From Trichodelitschia bisporula (taxonomy: Eukaryota): a stretch of 64,000 nucleotides of DNA. The stretch covers positions 1,710,579 through 1,774,578 of the forward strand of contig ML996688.1 of NCBI GenBank assembly GCA_010356995.1, written 5' to 3'. Of the stretch, positions 59,288 to 64,000 are shown piece after piece. A program made the translations under genes and the position numbers. A model generated the notes under the pieces. It worked only from the letters and a program-made list of their open reading frames with translations. It was not told where the DNA came from and searched no databases. Each line of letters begins with the position of its first letter. The first letter of the stretch is position 1.

Positions 59288-61498
59288 CTAAAACAAATGC
59301 GAAGCGCTCCTCTTCAACGCCTCCCGTCCTCCGGGCCTCCCTGGAGAACCCGTAGACATACTCTGACTAAACCGGCGGCTGCCACTCTGCCACCCCTTGA
59401 TCGTGCGGTTGATGGCCGGTTGAGCCGGTGCCGACGCCGCTGCGCCAATCGACTGGAACCCCTGCGTGATATCGCAGCCCGGTTCCGAATCATCACTCGG
59501 AATGTCGAGGTACTCGTCGACCTGCGCCGAGCCGCCTTTCGTAGGCGACATGCGCATGGGGCTGCGCAGCAGCGCGCCGGCCTTGACGGGTTCGCGAGCC
59601 GGTGTTTCCTCGGGCAGATTGAAGGTGGGGATATCGGCGCGCATCAAGTTGGCCAAATTCTCCGACGAAGCGAGGCGGACGCGCTTCGCGGGCCGTGGGG
59701 AGATCCGATCGAATTTAGGGGGAGACGTTACACGCGAGGGCGTCGTGTTAATGAAACTGTCGAAATCGAAATCGCCGTCGTGGCTGAGCGTGTTCCACGG
59801 CATGGGGCTGTACTCCAGTACACCGAGGCTCTTGTCTGGCGACGGGAGCATCTCTTTGATCTGGCTGCGGTGATACCGCAGCATTTCACCGGGGGAGCGC
59901 CAGGACGGCGGCTTCGGCTTCTTGAATGCCATGGACGGGGTCAAGGGTTGAAGTTTTGCGGGCCGCATCGGGGACGATGCAGGTGCGGACGTCGGCATCG
60001 CACGACCTTTGGAAGGACTATCGTACGACGATCCTCGGATCCGAGCAATTTCCGCTTCAGCACGGCCGCTGGGCAAGGGCCGATCGAGGTCTGCTTCTGA
60101 GGTGAGCATGTGCCGAGGACCGTGACGAGTCACCGAGGAGTCAATGGACGAAAAGTCGATGGACGAGTAGTAACCCGAGTCGGCACCAAGAAATTTGCGC
60201 TTCTGAGTCGAGAACTTACTGCTTGCTGTGAAACGGCGCGTTCGGGGCGGTGTGTGCTGGCGAGGTGCAACAACCGGCGGCGGAGAGGAACGCAAATCGA
60301 CTGGAGGAGGCGATGAGCGCGGCGGCGGACCCATGGAAGCAGACAGGTTCGGGTTGATACCCTCGTGGATGGCTGGATCGGACGCCGGGATCGTTGCATC
60401 CGACGACGGCTCGTTGTCCTCGGGAAACTTGCTGGAATCTACGGCCTTGGGAAGCGGCTGGCTACTAGCCGGAGGGAGCACAGGCGATGGAACCGAGACC
60501 ACTGCGGGTACAGACGGTGCAGTCGACGGACGAGCCATATCTTGGGCCGACGTGAGGATAAAGGGGGATGCATCCGTATTGGTGTGGCGCCGAGGCTTCT
60601 CCTTAAGGTACTGCGCTTCCATGCCTGGCGTGATGCACCAGTAATGGCCCTTACCCGGATCGTCCTTGGGCCGCTCCTGCTTCATGAAGGCCTTGTTCAG
60701 ACTCAAGTTGTGCCGGATGCTGTTCTGCCATCCGACACCGGACCCGGCCTTGTAGTACTTGAAGTTGTTCTGGATCCACAGGTAGATGGAGTTGAGCGTC
60801 AGCCGACGCGCCGGAGCTCGCAGGATGGCAAAGGCGATGAGCTGCGCATAGCTAAAGTTGGGCTTCGCGCCGTCGTCTTCGAGTTCCGGCATCTCGCTCG
60901 GGTCGGGAAGAACGATGGAGTTGCCGGTATCCTCGCTAGGCTGATGGCTACTTGATGGACGAGAGTGGGTCTTGGGCCGAGCCGATTTTGGCATCGACTT
61001 GCTGGATTCGCGCTTCCGTTTCGAAAGGTTGACCGACCGCTCGCTGAGCGGTGGCGCCGAGGTTGCAGCGGGTACATGCGAAGGCGGAGCGATGCTCGAA
61101 GGAGCGGTCTCGGCAGGCATCCAGGGGGGGAACTGCTCGACTTTTCCGAGCGCGTTATCGACGAAGTACGGTCCGGTCTGGTTCTCTTTGCCCGGAGAGT
61201 AGGCGCTCATACCGGTGTAGTGCTGCTTCGCGGGCGAGTCGGTTACGAACTGATGCTCCTGCGGAGGGGCCATGGTGTACATGTTGATGGCCTGCTGGTG
61301 GCCGGTCACGGGAGTGGTGTAAGCGGGCATGGGCGGCATGTCCAGGCTGTAGCTGTACATGCCGTCATCGAAGTGCGACTGGGAGACGTTCGTGAGGTTG
61401 GCATCGAAGGCCGGGTAGGGGTGGGAGACTGCGTGTTTGACGTCTGGTGGATCTTCGTACACGGATACGGGAGCGAGTTGGCGACGAGGAGCCGCCAT
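59288..61498 (-). CDS. Forkhead transcription factor, Sep1/Hcm1-like (no FHA domain)
   Basis: [63 protein letters not shown], with many S/T-P sites in the C-terminus. Confidence 0.93.
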   Translation of the reverse strand: MAAPRRQLAPVSVYEDPPDVKHAVSHPYPAFDANLTNVSQSHFDDGMYSYSLDMPPMPAYTTPVTGHQQAINMYTMAPPQEHQFVTDSPAKQHYTGMSAYSPGKENQTGPYFVDNALGKVEQFPPWMPAETAPSSIAPPSHVPAATSAPPLSERSVNLSKRKRESSKSMPKSARPKTHSRPSSSHQPSEDTGNSIVLPDPSEMPELEDDGAKPNFSYAQLIAFAILRAPARRLTLNSIYLWIQNNFKYYKAGSGVGWQNSIRHNLSLNKAFMKQERPKDDPGKGHYWCITPGMEAQYLKEKPRRHTNTDASPFILTSAQDMARPSTAPSVPAVVSVPSPVLPPASSQPLPKAVDSSKFPEDNEPSSDATIPASDPAIHEGINPNLSASMGPPPRSSPPPVDLRSSPPPVVAPRQHTPPRTRRFTASSKFSTQKRKFLGADSGYYSSIDFSSIDSSVTRHGPRHMLTSEADLDRPLPSGRAEAEIARIRGSSYDSPSKGRAMPTSAPASSPMRPAKLQPLTPSMAFKKPKPPSWRSPGEMLRYHRSQIKEMLPSPDKSLGVLEYSPMPWNTLSHDGDFDFDSFINTTPSRVTSPPKFDRISPRPAKRVRLASSENLANLMRADIPTFNLPEETPAREPVKAGALLRSPMRMSPTKGGSAQVDEYLDIPSDDSEPGCDITQGFQSIGAAASAPAQPAINRTIKGWQSGSRRFSQSMSTGSPGRPGGREALKRSASHLF

Positions 61499-63135
61499 TG
61501 TGATTGTCGACCGACGAAAGTATCGTCTCTCAACTGGAGCAGTAATCGCAGAAGAGGAAACGCGTAAAAGCGCGTTCGTGGGTGAGTAGTGCGGTCCTTC
61601 TGAGCGGAGGTGGAGCGGGTTGCTTAGCGCTGGGCAATTTCGGTCGGGTGGGGGGGGTTAGAAGGTGTGGGGGAGTGGGTAAGGTGACGATGGAAGACTG
61701 AAGCGATGGAAGGTCGATTGAAGATATGGTCAGTACACCGATGCTCTTGGATATGGGTGGCCAAGGGGCTCTTTGGCAGGTGGTGATGTTCAGGCGAGGA
61801 GGTTGTGGGGAGTTGGAGTTGGAGCGGCTGACTCTCGCTCACCAGTTGGAGGGCTGGAGAGAGGAGAAGAGAGGGCGGGAGGGCGGCAGAGGAACTTGGA
61901 ACCGCGGCCTGAGGCACCCGCGCGCGCCCGGGCGCGTCAAAGGACCTGGCTTGGCGCCTTTGCGCTGGGGGGGGAGTCCCTGCACTATGCGCGCCTCTCA
62001 CACGCTTCCTTTGGACAGGATGAAAAGAATGCCAGTCATTAATGGCGAAGCGTTAATTCTCGCGCCATTTGTAGTCTTCAATGGCTCCTACGGTCTTGCG
62101 GTAGAGCAGGATGAGGGGAAGGAGGAAGAAGTTGGAATTCGGTGACGACGTTTCCTTGGTGCGAGGTGGGCGAAGCCTTCGAGCTAACGAGCGTGGGACG
62201 TAGCGCGGCCGTCCCGTTCGCAGCGAACTGAGAGGTCCGTGACAGACACGGCGTAAGGCAATCCTCAGTCCGCAAAAGGTCTCATTGGAATGAGCATCTC
62301 CCACGGAGAATAGGAACATTCATCGACATCCTCCCCCCTTCGTTCCACATCCAATTCCTCCTCCCTTCCCTCATTCTGCACCGCGAGCCAAATCCGGGCC
62401 CGCAGGTATCCTAATGCAAGGGTCGGAAGTGCAAGATGTTCCTTGGACAAGAGGGGGATGAGTGGGCAGTACGGGGCAGGGCCGCCGGCACCTCCCTGTC
62501 TGCGGGAACGCGCCCATTGGCTCGCGAAGCAAGGGCGGGAGTGCGAAGCCCAGGCGCGCTCACGATCCGATCGCCCTCCTTGCCCAAGCCGAGTGGAGTA
62601 GGGGTGTGTGCTGGCGCAGCTGTGGGCAGCGGGCGCGCCTGGCGCGCGTTCTCGAAGTCCGCTTTCACGTCTTAATTTGCGCATCTGCGCGCTCGATTTT
62701 TCAACTCGTTGTTCGCGAGGTTTCGCGCCTACGGATGTACACTACTACTACAAATTAAACACCATATAATCCCATCATATCGCCCGCCTGCGTGGCACCA
62801 CCCAGTCCCCCCTCCTCTCCTCAACCTCCTGGGCTCACAGCGCCGATTGGTACCGCCGTCGCGCGCAGCTGGGATACTTTATCCCGCGACCCCGCGCGCC
62901 ACGCTGATAGGCTCGTGGGGGCCAGCAGGTTAAGGCTCGGCAGGCGAGGACTGGCGCTGAGCTTACCGTACTGCACAATGCCCTCTTCGCATCAAGCAAG
63001 AAGTGCTGCTCAAACGCATGAATCCCCGCAGTCCGTTTTGCCCTGTTGCCCTGCGGAGCGCGATGAGTGGCTGCTGTGCTATCGTGAGTGAGAGCGCGTC
63101 GCGTCAGTGGCAACGGGAAACGGCGCGGGGAGGGG

Positions 63136-63169
63136 ACGCGTGCGCGACGCGTGCCGACGCGTGACGCGC
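63136..63169. promoter_or_regulatory. Cluster of MCB-like elements (ACGCGT x3 plus ACGCGC)
   Basis: ACGCGT at 63136, 63147 and 63157, in the long intergenic region upstream of the forkhead gene. Confidence 0.55.
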
Positions 63170-64000
63170 GAGTCGGGGGCGTTTCAGCTGCCCGTGGGCT
63201 GCGCCACGGTGGGACGCGGGGTCGGTGGGCGCGTTGAGCTGGGGCTTTTATCGGCCGAGGGCGGATGTCGCTGTGTGGGCCAGAAGAACGCCTTGTGAAG
63301 ATGTCGAACTGTTGAACTACTGAACTTACGCTAAGTTTGGGGGCAGGTTAAGGTAGGGCGAGGGCAGTGTCGGGCTCGCGAACGCGGATCGACTTTCCGG
63401 GCCAGGTTGGTTGGAGAGCGCGGGACGAGCACGACGAGTCATCGTTGGCGGGCCTAGGGCTACTGGAAAAGTCGTTGCTGCCTTTCTTGGGTGTCGTTGT
63501 GGATGGGGCGGCTATGACCTTTTACGGGACCCTGGGGTATATCAAACGGCTTGGCGGGACGACGTCGTGCAGCTTGACTTAAGTGAACTTAGAGGATTCT
63601 GCATATGCGCAGACGGGAAGGCGCCGTTTCAGCATGCTCATAGTGCATCGCTGATACAGAGGCATTTGCGGGGCTGGCGGGTAAGCTCGCCGGCGGACGA
63701 AGTCGGCGAGGCTGTGGGGCGGAGTGCATGTTGGCAGCTGAGTATATGGCGCCATATTAAGTGTACGAGCTGCTTGCTCGTTTATATGAGGCAGGCCTTG
63801 GATGGAGATGTTGGACGATGTCAAAAAGCGGTGTGAGGGGACGCGATGTTGTGTTTTTGTGCGCGGTGGTTGCTGGGCAGGCGATATGAATAGTGAGAGG
63901 AGATATAACCGGGTTTGCCTGCTGCTGTGCCTACCGTACGAGCGTACGCGAGAGTGGCACGAGTGGGGGGGATGGGAATGCGTGGGTCACGTGCTATGGG

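Noticed and set aside
61600..64000. Short ORFs upstream of the forkhead gene
   Set aside because: They are low-complexity with no coding signature. The region is interpreted as a long promoter/5' UTR.

Overview
Gene-dense, intron-containing eukaryotic DNA from a filamentous ascomycete (Pezizomycotina-type GT..CTAAC..YAG introns of about 50 nt). About 30 protein genes were resolved by hand-splicing. They are mostly housekeeping: BRE1, BMT5, FYV10, intein-less PRP8, RPL34, ADI1, an FLC/TRP-like channel, ATP7, EGD2, RPL14, RPL25, TIM8, PTR2, BUD31, two complex I subunits, RPC19, HIS3, PGS1 and a Sep1/Hcm1-like forkhead factor. An accessory-looking block at 23-29 kb holds a secreted phytase-like esterase, an S1/P1 nuclease and a 10-Cys small secreted protein. 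The most unusual element is invisible to the ORF track: a tandem triplication (about 340 bp period, 28.0-28.9 kb) of initiator-tRNA(Met)-derived genes. Two copies carry a CAC (Val/GUG) anticodon, and one of them folds into a complete cloverleaf with an initiator body and a tRNA-Val-type anticodon loop. Other notable items are an inverted pair of decayed Gypsy-type integrase fragments, a hairpin in an RPL34 intron, phased MCB boxes, a GC-AG intron, a 7-nt microexon and a minisatellite with RIP-like changes. All identifications are by eye from remembered family motifs; no searches were run.
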